Origin: a virus | Lineage: Duplodnaviria > Caudoviricetes | Length of the DNA: 56,908 nucleotides | Direction: 5' to 3' (one strand) | IMG/VR virus record: IMGVR_UViG_3300022413_000013 | Span: 1-56,908 of that record | Shown: in pieces, positions 9,304-17,919 of the stretch | Position numbering within the stretch: position 1 is the first letter of the stretch | Layout: each line of letters opens with the position of its first letter | Program-made: the position numbers and the translations under genes | The notes under the pieces: model-generated | What the model saw: only the letters and a program-made list of their open reading frames with translations | The model's database searches: none | Told to the model about the DNA's origin: nothing

Positions 9304-9597
9304 TCAATCGACCTTGTCCGGCTCGCGCTCGTCCTCGTCGTCGGCGGCCAAGACGACGCACAACGTTCGAAACTGCGCTTCTAGCGTCTTATGATGCTTT
9401 TTGAAACCTTCCAAGGCCCGGCGCATAGCGCCTATGCGAATGTAGATGAACGCCAGCAATGAGGCGATGAGATGGATCGATGACCCTGTGCTGATGTACG
9501 AGATGAACGCCACAAGGCCGGCGATCAGCGCGAGGATCGAGGCCACGTTTTCGACGCCGTGCCGGAAGTCTTGTGTTGTCCAGTGTATCTTAAGCAT
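9304..9597 (-). CDS. Two-TM membrane protein
   Basis: MLKIHW start just downstream of the tRNA; two hydrophobic segments. Confidence 0.6.
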   Translation of the reverse strand: MLKIHWTTQDFRHGVENVASILALIAGLVAFISYISTGSSIHLIASLLAFIYIRIGAMRRALEGFKKHHKTLEAQFRTLCVVLAADDEDEREPDKVD

Positions 9598-9617
9598 GCG
9601 CACCGCTTTTTTGAGGT

Positions 9618-9695
9618 TGGTAGCAGGGGTAGGATTTGAACCTACGACCTTCAGGTTATGAACCTGGCGAGCTAACCGGACTGCTCTACCCTGCT
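9618..9695 (-). tRNA. tRNA-Met (CAT), initiator-like
   Basis: 78-nt cloverleaf: acceptor AGCAGGG/CCCTGCT, D stem GAGC/GCTC (A11:U24), anticodon loop TTCATAA, T arm GTAGG-TTCAAAT-CCTAC, encoded CCA. Confidence 0.95.
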
Positions 9696-9802
9696 CTCTT
9701 AGAGGTTGCGCGACGTTGTGCGCAACCATATCCGAAAAATTCACTTTTATGTCAACCGGACGGCCCCGGCGCCGCCTGGCACCGAAGCCGCCGGCCTCGA
9801 CG

Positions 9803-10204
9803 TCAGCGCCGAGCCGATCGCGTCGGCGAGCGCGACAGCTCGCCTTTGGCGAATTTGGAAGCCAGGGTTTCCGCGCGGCGCTGAGCCACTAGGCGCCGCC
9901 GCGACGCCGCGAAGTCGAGGCGTTTCGGGCCGTCAAGCTTTCGGTGGACGATGCGACAGCTTACGAAGTAGCCGTGTTCATTCTTGCGCAAGCTGTATGC
10001 ATATGTGACGGGCGATCCATGTCCGTTTTTGCCGGCATCGACCTCGACGAATTCCAGCTCTTGGCCTTCCGCGTCTTTCGTCGAATATAGCGCGCCGCTT
10101 TCGCGCAACTGCCTTCGGCGTTCTGCGGCCGATCGGATGGCGGGATTATAGCCCGGCGACAGACGAGGCTTGCGTTCGTCGGGCTTCGAGGCAACATTGT
10201 TCAT
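9803..10204 (-). CDS. Hypothetical basic protein
   Basis: Strong SD (AAGGAG) before ATG; preceded by an 11-bp-stem hairpin ACCGCCCGGAC/GTCCGGGCGGT. Confidence 0.7.
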   Translation of the reverse strand: MNNVASKPDERKPRLSPGYNPAIRSAAERRRQLRESGALYSTKDAEGQELEFVEVDAGKNGHGSPVTYAYSLRKNEHGYFVSCRIVHRKLDGPKRLDFAASRRRLVAQRRAETLASKFAKGELSRSPTRSARR

Positions 10205-10300
10205 AGCTTGGGATCTCCTTGCTAGAGGCTTCCATGCTTAAGGACCGCCCGGACGGGCATACCCTGCTTTAGTCCGGGCGGTTCGGCTGGCTAACCCAGC

Positions 10301-10576
10301 CTACCGGCTACGCCGGATCTCTTCGTTGCTACCGCCGAGCAACCGTTTCTCTTTCCTAATCACGCGAATCCATCCGCCTTGACGGTATTGAATGCCGCCT
10401 CTTTCGAGGCCCCTCTCGATGCGGCGGATTGTGGCGGGCGTCGCCTTGTCAAAGGCGTCCTGTGTCTTTGACAGCCTGGCCAGCGTGGACCTCCCGACGC
10501 CACACAGGCCCGCGGCCGTCGAAAGGTCCATTTCCAAGCCCGCCAGAGCCATTCGCAACATTTTACGGGTAAACAT
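10301..10576 (-). CDS. XRE-family HTH regulator
   Basis: AAGLCGVGRSTLARL helix-turn-helix; TIRRIERGLE-x-GGI motif typical of small alphaproteobacterial XRE proteins. Confidence 0.8.
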   Translation of the reverse strand: MFTRKMLRMALAGLEMDLSTAAGLCGVGRSTLARLSKTQDAFDKATPATIRRIERGLERGGIQYRQGGWIRVIRKEKRLLGGSNEEIRRSR

Positions 10577-10582
10577 AGCGTT

Positions 10583-10611
10583 TTAATATGATCATCAGAG
10601 TCTTGTGTCAA
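10583..10611 (-). promoter_or_regulatory. Sigma70 promoter giving a probably leaderless HTH mRNA
   Basis: TTGACA-N17-TATTAA with the ATG 7 nt downstream of the -10. Confidence 0.6.
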
Positions 10612-10762
10612 TGATCACCATGTGACTATAAGAGGGTTGACCGAGGACTCGGTCGGCCGGCGGCAAGGCGGGCCATCACCGGATGATGCAATGGGCGCGG
10701 GTGTGTCGCGCTGTGGTGCCTTGTCGCCGGCCTGTCTGACACTATCCACGCAAGAGGGAAAC

Positions 10763-11326
10763 ATGGCAATGAACAGAGCAATGATGCAAGCGATCGTCAT
10801 CGCGATCTTGGCCAACGCGGGCCCTGCTTCCGCCGACGAGTTCTATTTTCAGCTCGATTTGAGCGTCGATCATTACGGCGATAACGAGCTAGACGGCGAC
10901 GACTTTGACATCGATACCGGCGGAGGTCTGTCCGCCCGGATTGGCAAGGCCTTCGAGCATTTCCGCGGCGAGGTCGAAATCGGCTTCAACGCCTCGACGA
11001 TCGATGTGGGCTTCGATGCCGGCGATGATGACCTCGACTATTACCAAGGCTCCTTGGTCCTCGCGGCCTACAAGGATATAGGCCCGGCTTACATCGGCGC
11101 CGGCGCCGGCCTGGTTTATCAGAGGATCGAGACGGAAGTGCTCGGCGTCGATATCTCGGACGATGAGACCAACGCGATTATTCACGGCGAGGCCGGCTTT
11201 AGCTTCCCGATCACAGGGTCCGTCTCGATCGTCCCACACTACCGCGCGACATGGCTTCCAGGCTTCGATCTCGACGACGAGGTCGTCGTGCATTCGGCGC
11301 GCGTCGGCCTTCGTGTGGGGTTTTGA
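10763..11326 (+). CDS. Outer-membrane beta-barrel protein (OmpA/Ail-Lom/Omp25-like)
   Basis: SD GAGGG, signal peptide ending ASA, amphipathic strands (FRGEVEIGF, PAYIGAGAGL), C-terminal GLRVGF BAM signal. Confidence 0.85.
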   Translation: MAMNRAMMQAIVIAILANAGPASADEFYFQLDLSVDHYGDNELDGDDFDIDTGGGLSARIGKAFEHFRGEVEIGFNASTIDVGFDAGDDDLDYYQGSLVLAAYKDIGPAYIGAGAGLVYQRIETEVLGVDISDDETNAIIHGEAGFSFPITGSVSIVPHYRATWLPGFDLDDEVVVHSARVGLRVGF

Positions 11327-11329
11327 ACC

Positions 11330-11734
11330 ATGGGCATCAATGACCACACGCAAAAGATCGGCAACGCCATGCAAGCCGGCGAGCTTTTGAGGCACTATTT
11401 CAGAGTGGCTGGCGTCAACGTTGGAGGGGACTCGGCCGTCGAAATCAACCACATAGTCGACCACATCATCGACGCTGCCGTGTCCGCCGTTCGCGCCGAA
11501 GACGGCCGGCGGGAGTCGCTCGAGCGGGGTGCCGAAAAGGTGCCGCCGTTCAATCTATACGAAGTTCGCGCCGACATGGTCGGCGATGGCGGCACGATCA
11601 AAATCACCGGCCCGTCCGCTCAGATTCACGCCATGTGCGCTTTGCTGAGTGGCACGCACATCTTCGACGCCGAAAGCGGCGTGTGGCTCTTGCCGGCCGA
11701 ACCAGAGAAGGCGACAGACGATGGACAAGCCTAA
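11330..11734 (+). CDS. Hypothetical protein
   Basis: Operonic with the OMP gene. Confidence 0.65.
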   Translation: MGINDHTQKIGNAMQAGELLRHYFRVAGVNVGGDSAVEINHIVDHIIDAAVSAVRAEDGRRESLERGAEKVPPFNLYEVRADMVGDGGTIKITGPSAQIHAMCALLSGTHIFDAESGVWLLPAEPEKATDDGQA

Positions 11735-12323
11735 AGCGTACGTCCGCGACGACTGGGTCGTGTGGCTCGCGTTCGAGCTTAGAAAGGCCGGCTTCCCCGT
11801 CGAGACGACCGCCGACGCCGACGAGCCCGGGCTGGTCGTCGATGGCGTGACGCTTTCCCGCTCTCGCTTCATGGTCTCGCGCCACACCTTCAGGCAAGGC
11901 TATGGAGCATGGAAGCGCACCCTGAACGCCGAGTTCAAAGTCGCGCCTTATCACGGGCAACCTGTGGCCTATAAGCCGCGCCAGGATGGAACCTATAACA
12001 TCGAAGCGATCGGCAAGCGCTTGAAAATCGCCGCGACTAGCGAGATCGAGGCCGAAAAGCGCGCGGCATATTCGAGAAAGCTTCGCGACCAGGAAGCCGA
12101 AAACCGGGCGAAAATCCGCGGCCTGGTCGTGCCGCGGGTCGCGGCATGCATGGGCAAGTACGAGGAATGGATCGACGCCACCAATGAGCCGGGCGTGTTC
12201 TCGATCTCGATCAAGCGGCGAGTTGCGCAAGAAGACGTTAAGTCCGTGCTCGAAGCCTGTCGCTCGATCCATCTGCAGAGCATCCAAGGCAAGCGCCAGA
12301 AGAAGGAGGGCGCCGACACATGA
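11721..12323 (+). CDS. Hypothetical protein
   Basis: MDKPKAY start overlapping the previous gene. Confidence 0.65.
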   Translation: MDKPKAYVRDDWVVWLAFELRKAGFPVETTADADEPGLVVDGVTLSRSRFMVSRHTFRQGYGAWKRTLNAEFKVAPYHGQPVAYKPRQDGTYNIEAIGKRLKIAATSEIEAEKRAAYSRKLRDQEAENRAKIRGLVVPRVAACMGKYEEWIDATNEPGVFSISIKRRVAQEDVKSVLEACRSIHLQSIQGKRQKKEGADT

Positions 12324-12583
12324 GCTACGAGAAGGCGAAGTCGATCCTGTCCGCGGTCGACGTCTTGAACGAGATCGTCGCGACTGCAGCGATCGAAGAC
12401 ATCGCGATTGCGCTGCAAGAGATCGCCGAGAACTACAAAATCGCCGAAGACCACGAGGCCGCCCGACTCCACAGAGCCGACCACGAGATCTTGTGGTTAT
12501 CGGTCAAGCGATGCCGCCGCTTTGTCGAACTCGACGAGTATCAGCGCGTTGCCGGCGACATCATCCTAAGCGAGGAAAGCTAA
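12320..12583 (+). CDS. Hypothetical protein
   Basis: ATGA coupling, SD AGGAGG. Confidence 0.65.
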   Translation: MSYEKAKSILSAVDVLNEIVATAAIEDIAIALQEIAENYKIAEDHEAARLHRADHEILWLSVKRCRRFVELDEYQRVAGDIILSEES

Positions 12584-12819
12584 TGCCAGCCATGGACATT
12601 CGAGTCGATCCCATCCCCGCGATCCGAGCGAATGCGATAGCGTCGAGACCTAAGACGGCGACACAGCGGGCTAGACATGACGTGACCTTGCGGTTGCTCG
12701 CCGAAATCGATCGCGTTCGCCTGTTCGAGGATGAGGTTAGGCGCCTGGCCAGAGAAGGCCATTTTTCCGAGCCTCGCTTCGACCATCTCATGGCGCTTCT
12801 GTCCAACAATCAAAGATAA
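12583..12819 (+). CDS. Hypothetical protein
   Basis: TAATG coupling, MPAMDIRV start. Confidence 0.55.
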   Translation: MPAMDIRVDPIPAIRANAIASRPKTATQRARHDVTLRLLAEIDRVRLFEDEVRRLAREGHFSEPRFDHLMALLSNNQR

Positions 12820-12995
12820 CGCGGAAAAGCTAGAGGTTGGGCGCGCGACCTCATGTAAAACATTAACTTTAATATGCTAATATTCTCGTAAACGCTTGCA
12901 GAATAAGAATTAATCAAGCTGTCAACGGCGAATTCTTGTTTGCGCAGAAAGCTAAAATTTGGCAACTGTTACCTGTTCGTCCTTCACGAGCCCTG

Positions 12996-13036
12996 CATAC
13001 CAAGCGCCTAGCTTGCCAGGCTTGGCGCTTGGTATG
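12996..13036. terminator. Strong hairpin between convergent operons
   Basis: Perfect 13-bp stem CATACCAAGCGCC/GGCGCTTGGTATG; no U-tract. Confidence 0.5.
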
Positions 13037-13059
13037 ACCCCTTCTCGTAGGCCCCTGCC

Positions 13060-13710
13060 CTACTCGCCGTCGCGCTTATAATAGCTGATCTCGCTCGCGA
13101 TCTTGCCGAGTTCGATCTGGTCGGCGTCCGACAGACCGGGATAAGGAGTCGCATCGTAATCCGGGTTTTCATCCCATCCAGGCGGAATTAAATACACGCC
13201 TTCGCGCGCCTCGACGTTGGCCATGTAGCGCTTTAAAAGCTCACGGTAGTCGAGTTGCCAGGCCTCGCCGTCCCATACCTTCACCTGGTCGGCCTCGGTG
13301 TCATGCCAGCGTTGACCGATCGGCCGCTTATCGAGCGCCTGGCTATCGATCGGTTCGAAAGGTTCTGCGGGGTAGGACTCCTGTAAAATAGGGTCGCCCC
13401 CCGCCGCCTTGAAGACAAGATAATCGCCTGCGTTGACGTGATCTATAATCGTCAGGCCCCAGCCTGTTGTTGGATACATCTCCAATATGCGATCGCCGGT
13501 ATCCCTGGAAACCAGAACGAATGATGGCTTACCAGCTACTGGTGTCTGTGCGGACTCTTCGACGTCGCGGTCGTAAACGCCATTTGTAATAGGCAGCTCG
13601 AATTTCTTGATGAGCTGGCCGTTGACGACAATCTCGACGGACAGGTCTCCCCATCCCTTGAGGTCAACCGGCTGCGCTTCGTCCTGGTGCGTGCGAATTT
13701 CGTCAGCCAT
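13060..13710 (-). CDS. Hypothetical protein
   Basis: SD GGAGGG before MADEIR. Confidence 0.65.
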   Translation of the reverse strand: MADEIRTHQDEAQPVDLKGWGDLSVEIVVNGQLIKKFELPITNGVYDRDVEESAQTPVAGKPSFVLVSRDTGDRILEMYPTTGWGLTIIDHVNAGDYLVFKAAGGDPILQESYPAEPFEPIDSQALDKRPIGQRWHDTEADQVKVWDGEAWQLDYRELLKRYMANVEAREGVYLIPPGWDENPDYDATPYPGLSDADQIELGKIASEISYYKRDGE

Positions 13711-14087
13711 CGGCCAACCCTCCCTTTTCATCGATCACGAGCACCAGATCGTGCACTCGGTAGTATTGCAGCCCGCCCGCTTTGTCGGTGCGCATCAGCG
13801 GCGACAGAACGGCTTCGGAGTCACTGTGATTGATCCGAAACTCATAGGTCGACATCTTGCGATCGTCGGCCATTTCTTGCTGGCATGTGAAGCGGATCAA
13901 GGCCGCCGGGACGGACACGCCGCCGACGTCGAGGCGGATCGGCACGCCGACGAAATTGCTAGGGTCGCCGCGGGCGACGTCGTCAGACTCGACAAAAAAA
14001 ATCCCAGGTAACCGCCTTTCCCCATGTAATCGCGGCGCCGGCCGAACCGGCGAAAAACCCTCGAAACTCCAGTCGCTCGCCGCTCAT
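13703..14087 (-). pseudogene. Hypothetical gene split by a T8 homopolymer frameshift
   Basis: ATG 14087 is coupled to the RHH stop; the frame ends after WDFFCRV, and removing one T at 13994-14001 joins it to the 13703 ORF. Confidence 0.6.
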
Positions 14088-14356
14088 TGCTGTTTGTCCC
14101 AAATGTCCAACATGATCGCCAACAGCGCCGGCTTGCTTTTGCCACTGTCACGACACGCCGTCTCGAACCTGGTCTTCAGGCTCGCCGGCAAGCTCATGTT
14201 GCACTGTACGCGGTGCTCTTTGGGCGGTTCGGCCTCACGGCTTGGCATGCCAGAGCGTGAGGCGACTTCTTCCGCCGTCGGCTTTCGGCCCTTGGGCGCC
14301 GTCCGTACGCCGGTAAGGTCGAGCCTTTCCAAGCCGATTTCGCGTCGTTCTCTCAT
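14084..14356 (-). CDS. Ribbon-helix-helix partition adaptor (ParG/StbB-like)
   Basis: 90 aa, ATGA-coupled to parA, flexible N-terminus then [15 protein letters not shown] strand-helix-helix. Confidence 0.7.
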   Translation of the reverse strand: MRERREIGLERLDLTGVRTAPKGRKPTAEEVASRSGMPSREAEPPKEHRVQCNMSLPASLKTRFETACRDSGKSKPALLAIMLDIWDKQQ

Positions 14357-15036
14357 GCTACAGCCCTCTCTTCGCTGATGATGTCCACAACCGCTTGCGT
14401 GAAGCCCCTGGCATTCTCGACCGCGGCCTTGATGTTGGTGACGGTCTCGGCTTCGATGTCTTTCAGCATCAAGCCGAGATCCCACATCGCGCCGAATGCG
14501 TCGCGGTCGTGAAGCTCGACCGGTACGACTGCCACGAGCTTGTTCTTCCGAATGCCGGCCGCAATCCGTCGAGCTGTTCGGCTTTCGGCGACGACTCGAG
14601 TCCTCGTGAATGCCAAGGCGAAGGGGATAACGCGCCTTTGCGCCCTGCCTTCGAGCGCGATCTCTTCGACGACCTTGCAAGCCATCTCGGCGTCGAGCCG
14701 CTGCTTTTGGGTTGGCACGAGCACCAGGTCGGCCCGGCTGATCGCGAACGAGGTGCGCCTCGACCCGATGCCTTCGAGGTCGACGATCACGAAATGGCTT
14801 CGCCGAGTCGCCTCGTCGATCTCGTCGATGATCGTGCGCTCGGAGTCGTTGGTAACGACCTCGAAGTTTGATGGAATGCCGACATAGCCGCCGCCATACC
14901 AAAAAGTGATAGGCTCGTTCGGGTCCGCGTCAATGATGGTGATCGGCACTTGCTCGGCGAGCTGTTGGGCGAGAACGAGTGCTGTCGTGCTCTTGCCCGA
15001 ACCGCCCTTTCCGTTCGCTACGACGATTGTCGGCAT
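14353..15036 (-). CDS. parA: ParA partition ATPase (short, type Ib)
   Basis: Deviant Walker [30 protein letters not shown]. Confidence 0.92.
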   Translation of the reverse strand: MPTIVVANGKGGSGKSTTALVLAQQLAEQVPITIIDADPNEPITFWYGGGYVGIPSNFEVVTNDSERTIIDEIDEATRRSHFVIVDLEGIGSRRTSFAISRADLVLVPTQKQRLDAEMACKVVEEIALEGRAQRRVIPFALAFTRTRVVAESRTARRIAAGIRKNKLVAVVPVELHDRDAFGAMWDLGLMLKDIEAETVTNIKAAVENARGFTQAVVDIISEERAVA

Positions 15037-15112
15037 GATTGCATCTCCGGTTTTGATGAACCTGAGATGTTAACAATAATTTCCGGTTTGTCCTAGGCTA
15101 TAATAGGCTAGC

Positions 15113-15961
15113 CTATATTGGACTTTGGACCTTCGGAAAGTTCTGGCCGGCAATGTGGAATTTCGCGACCGAAGCCCCCTCAATCCACATGTTCCAGCCC
15201 TTCACCAACAAGAAAAGCTTGGTACGCATGTCAAAGTTTCTCGCCGGGTCGTTAACCATTCGCAAAGAGGTCCGTCGAACGCAGAGGATCGGATCATCTT
15301 CGGCGAGACCGGCGCCGCTATTCAACTTCTGGAAATAATGCTCGACCAAGTCCTTTCCGACCTGTGCAAACGCGGCATAGCAGGCACCAGACGCCACGCC
15401 GAGCTTTAGGTCGCGGATGTCGTTGTAATTCCTCATTTGAGCAGCGCGTTGCCATAGATCATCGGGGATTGACTTGTAGAGCTTCCAAAAGTCCGGCGTC
15501 TTCATGTCCGACACTCGCTTTACGCCAGGTTTCTTCTCAAGTTCGCACAGAAAGGCATAGTTTCTGACCGCGTTCGCCACGCCGCCGAACCGCTTTATGC
15601 CGGCAATCCCCAAGACGTCGGCGAAGGTCCGTTTCTTGCCGGTATCGATCACCAGCATAAGGTCTTCATATCTGCCGACTGTAAAAACGAAAGGAAACGT
15701 CATGCCGGCCGCCATGACGGCGCGCATGCGGTGTTGACCGTCGAACATCCGGCCAATTTCGTCGACGATGATCGGCACGCCGGTTTGTCGCCACTCGCCG
15801 GCCCGCATTTCCTCGGCGTATGAGTCGACGTCCCGCTTTGACCACGATCGATTGATGCGCTGGCTTGCCACGAGGCACCGCGCCCTTTCTGGCGTTACAT
15901 CTTCGTCCCAGCGCTGGCCGACGACGTACGTCGGATTGATGACAATGGCGGGCTGATTCAC
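15113..15961 (-). CDS. ParB-N/DGQHR-domain protein
   Basis: NR...YAEEM-x-x-GEW...DGQHR motif. Confidence 0.75.
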   Translation of the reverse strand: MNQPAIVINPTYVVGQRWDEDVTPERARCLVASQRINRSWSKRDVDSYAEEMRAGEWRQTGVPIIVDEIGRMFDGQHRMRAVMAAGMTFPFVFTVGRYEDLMLVIDTGKKRTFADVLGIAGIKRFGGVANAVRNYAFLCELEKKPGVKRVSDMKTPDFWKLYKSIPDDLWQRAAQMRNYNDIRDLKLGVASGACYAAFAQVGKDLVEHYFQKLNSGAGLAEDDPILCVRRTSLRMVNDPARNFDMRTKLFLLVKGWNMWIEGASVAKFHIAGQNFPKVQSPI

Positions 15962-15991
15962 GGCGGAAGCTCCGATTAGAGGGCGCGACTG

Positions 15992-16011
15992 CTAGCCTAG
16001 CCTAGGCTAGC
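15992..16011. repeat. CCTAG tandem/palindromic repeat
   Basis: CTAGCCTAGCCTAGGCTAGC, intergenic; related TAGGCTA copies at 15092-15115. Confidence 0.7.
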
Positions 16012-16019
16012 GTTTGACG

Positions 16020-16283
16020 TCAAAAAAGCGCTGCTTGGCGCTCGTCGGGAAGATCGGGCAACTCGATGAACATCGCGCATTCTTCGTTGCCGAGACGGTC
16101 GCCCGATCGCGGGATCAGGACGTGAAGAAAGGATTCGGGCTTGTTGCATTCGTCGTAATTGTGCATGAAGTGCAACGCCCAAACGGCACAAAGCTTATCG
16201 GTCCGTTTCGGCCCATGGATGCAACGGGCGCAATAGGCCGCCTCGTACGCTTCGCCGGCATCGCCGTTTGAGAAATAACCCAT
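16020..16283 (-). CDS. Cys-rich hypothetical protein
   Basis: MGYFSNG...YCARCIH; TGATG coupling. Confidence 0.7.
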   Translation of the reverse strand: MGYFSNGDAGEAYEAAYCARCIHGPKRTDKLCAVWALHFMHNYDECNKPESFLHVLIPRSGDRLGNEECAMFIELPDLPDERQAALF

Positions 16284-16558
16284 CAAAACAAGCCCTTCAC
16301 GTCGCCGTCGTCCCAGGCCTTCAGGCCGCGGGACTCGAGCCATTGTTTGGAAATGCTGCGGGCGAAAGGAGGTAGGGCAGGGATGGCGGTTCGCGCCTTG
16401 TGAATGGCCGTCCAAAACACTTCCTCGCTGGGCATCTCGAACGCCGGATTGTATCGCTTGAAATGCGCGACGATCTTGTCTTTGTTGAGCGTCAACAAGG
16501 CTTCGTTTCGGTCGCGGTTATAAGCCTCGACCTCGGCGTCGTGCCTGGCCTGGTCCAT
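16283..16558 (-). CDS. Hypothetical protein
   Basis: Operonic, SD present. Confidence 0.65.
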   Translation of the reverse strand: MDQARHDAEVEAYNRDRNEALLTLNKDKIVAHFKRYNPAFEMPSEEVFWTAIHKARTAIPALPPFARSISKQWLESRGLKAWDDGDVKGLF

Positions 16559-16561
16559 GGT

Positions 16562-16783
16562 TCACCCTTCCTCGAATTCGGCGATGTCGCTGGCCACCCT
16601 CATGAGCTGGCCTAGCTTGTCTGGATTTGGCCAGGCGACGACCGACGCCTTGATGCCGCTCCGCGTCGAAAGCCACCATTCCGGGTCGCTATCGATTTGC
16701 ACGGCGTAGACGCCGCCGGTCGGCATGTGGCGAAGAACACGTGACCCGGAAGGATCATCGGCGAACTCGAAGTCGCCGCTCAT
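16562..16783 (-). CDS. Hypothetical protein
   Basis: ATGA-coupled MSGDFEF start. Confidence 0.6.
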   Translation of the reverse strand: MSGDFEFADDPSGSRVLRHMPTGGVYAVQIDSDPEWWLSTRSGIKASVVAWPNPDKLGQLMRVASDIAEFEEG

Positions 16784-17097
16784 GATTGCGGGTCCTCGCG
16801 TTCGGCGTCGGCGCATATTTCCGCCATGAAACGCATAGCCATTGCCGCAACCTGCATCGCCTCTGTCCTCATCGCCGCCAGATCCCGATTTTCACGTTTC
16901 CTTTTGATTTCTTCCCAAAGCTCGTCGACTTCCTCTTGCAACACCGCGAAGCCTTCGTGTGCGCTATTGAACGGCTTGCGCTTCGAGTGCTGCGTTAGGA
17001 ATTCCGCAAAGGACTCTAAGCAAGCGTCGGCAACCGCCGGCCCGTAACGACCTAAAACCTTTCCGAATTCATGCTCTGCAGGATCATCGTTAGGCAT
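16780..17097 (-). CDS. MazG-like NTP pyrophosphohydrolase
   Basis: SAHEGFAVLQEEVDELWEE...EAMQVAAM all-alpha NTP-PPase pattern. Confidence 0.65.
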   Translation of the reverse strand: MPNDDPAEHEFGKVLGRYGPAVADACLESFAEFLTQHSKRKPFNSAHEGFAVLQEEVDELWEEIKRKRENRDLAAMRTEAMQVAAMAMRFMAEICADAEREDPQS

Positions 17098-17674
17098 CAA
17101 CAACCGCCCCCCACCTGATTAGGGTTTCCCAAGCCTCGTCGGCCGACGTGCAAACGGCATGCCTCACGCCATGGTGAAGGCACCAAAGCCGATGAGTTTT
17201 CTGATTTGGACTGAGCAACCGCACCGGGTCGACGGCGCCGTCGTCGATCTTGAGCTCGATCACGCCGCCGCCCCATGACGCGCCCATGAAAAACCAGTCT
17301 GCGACGCCTGGAAACATGCCGATATATTTGGCCAAAGCGCCGGCCCCTTTGCTGCGCTTGCCTTCGTTGGCGACATGATGCGCAATGCAACGCGAGCGGC
17401 ATTCTAGCTCGGCTAGCGCGATCCGGTCGGCAAGCTCGGCGCTGATCGCGTCTTCGGGTCCGACGTCGCCGGCGAACGCGAAGCGCGCCAAGATCGTATC
17501 GAGCCATGGCCGGCGGCCGTCACTCGGTAGGGTAGGGGATGCTTTACGCCGTGTCCGCTTTTCGGGCTTTTCTTGTATGCTCTTGCGCTTGATCTCGACA
17601 TCGAGCGCGGGCGTCAATATGCCGGCTTGGCGCGCTTCTTCGATGGTCATTCGGTTTGACGGGTTAAGCGTCAT
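17090..17674 (-). CDS. VRR-NUC domain nuclease
   Basis: HVANEG, PGVADW, IELK, LSPNQ motifs. Confidence 0.8.
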   Translation of the reverse strand: MTLNPSNRMTIEEARQAGILTPALDVEIKRKSIQEKPEKRTRRKASPTLPSDGRRPWLDTILARFAFAGDVGPEDAISAELADRIALAELECRSRCIAHHVANEGKRSKGAGALAKYIGMFPGVADWFFMGASWGGGVIELKIDDGAVDPVRLLSPNQKTHRLWCLHHGVRHAVCTSADEAWETLIRWGAVVDA

Positions 17675-17895
17675 GCCGGCACGGCCTCGCGAGCTTCGCG
17701 GCGCCGCCTGGCTTCCGCCTTAGCGTCGGTCAATTCCATCCAAAACTCGAAGGTTCCGAGCGACGGGCAAAGAGGCCGCCCGCTCGCTTCGCGCCAGGTT
17801 CCGCCGTCGAAATAGCCCTCGACGATCGGCCCGTCTTCGAAAAAGATGCCGACGCTTCGCGAATTCGCCGGCACGTGTGGTAGGTATTTCTTCAT
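17671..17895 (-). CDS. Hypothetical protein
   Basis: ATGA coupling to VRR-NUC. Confidence 0.55.
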   Translation of the reverse strand: MKKYLPHVPANSRSVGIFFEDGPIVEGYFDGGTWREASGRPLCPSLGTFEFWMELTDAKAEARRRREAREAVPA

Positions 17896-17896
17896 A

Positions 17897-17919
17897 CTAG
17901 CCTAGCCTAGCCTAGCCTA
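17897..17919. repeat. (CCTAG)n tandem repeat
   Basis: CTAGCCTAGCCTAGCCTAGCCTA fills the whole intergenic gap. Confidence 0.8.

Noticed and set aside
15113-15961. DndB/phosphorothioation system suggested by the DGQHR motif
   Set aside because: No dndCDE or ssp genes; the ParB-N-like motif is common alone in phages
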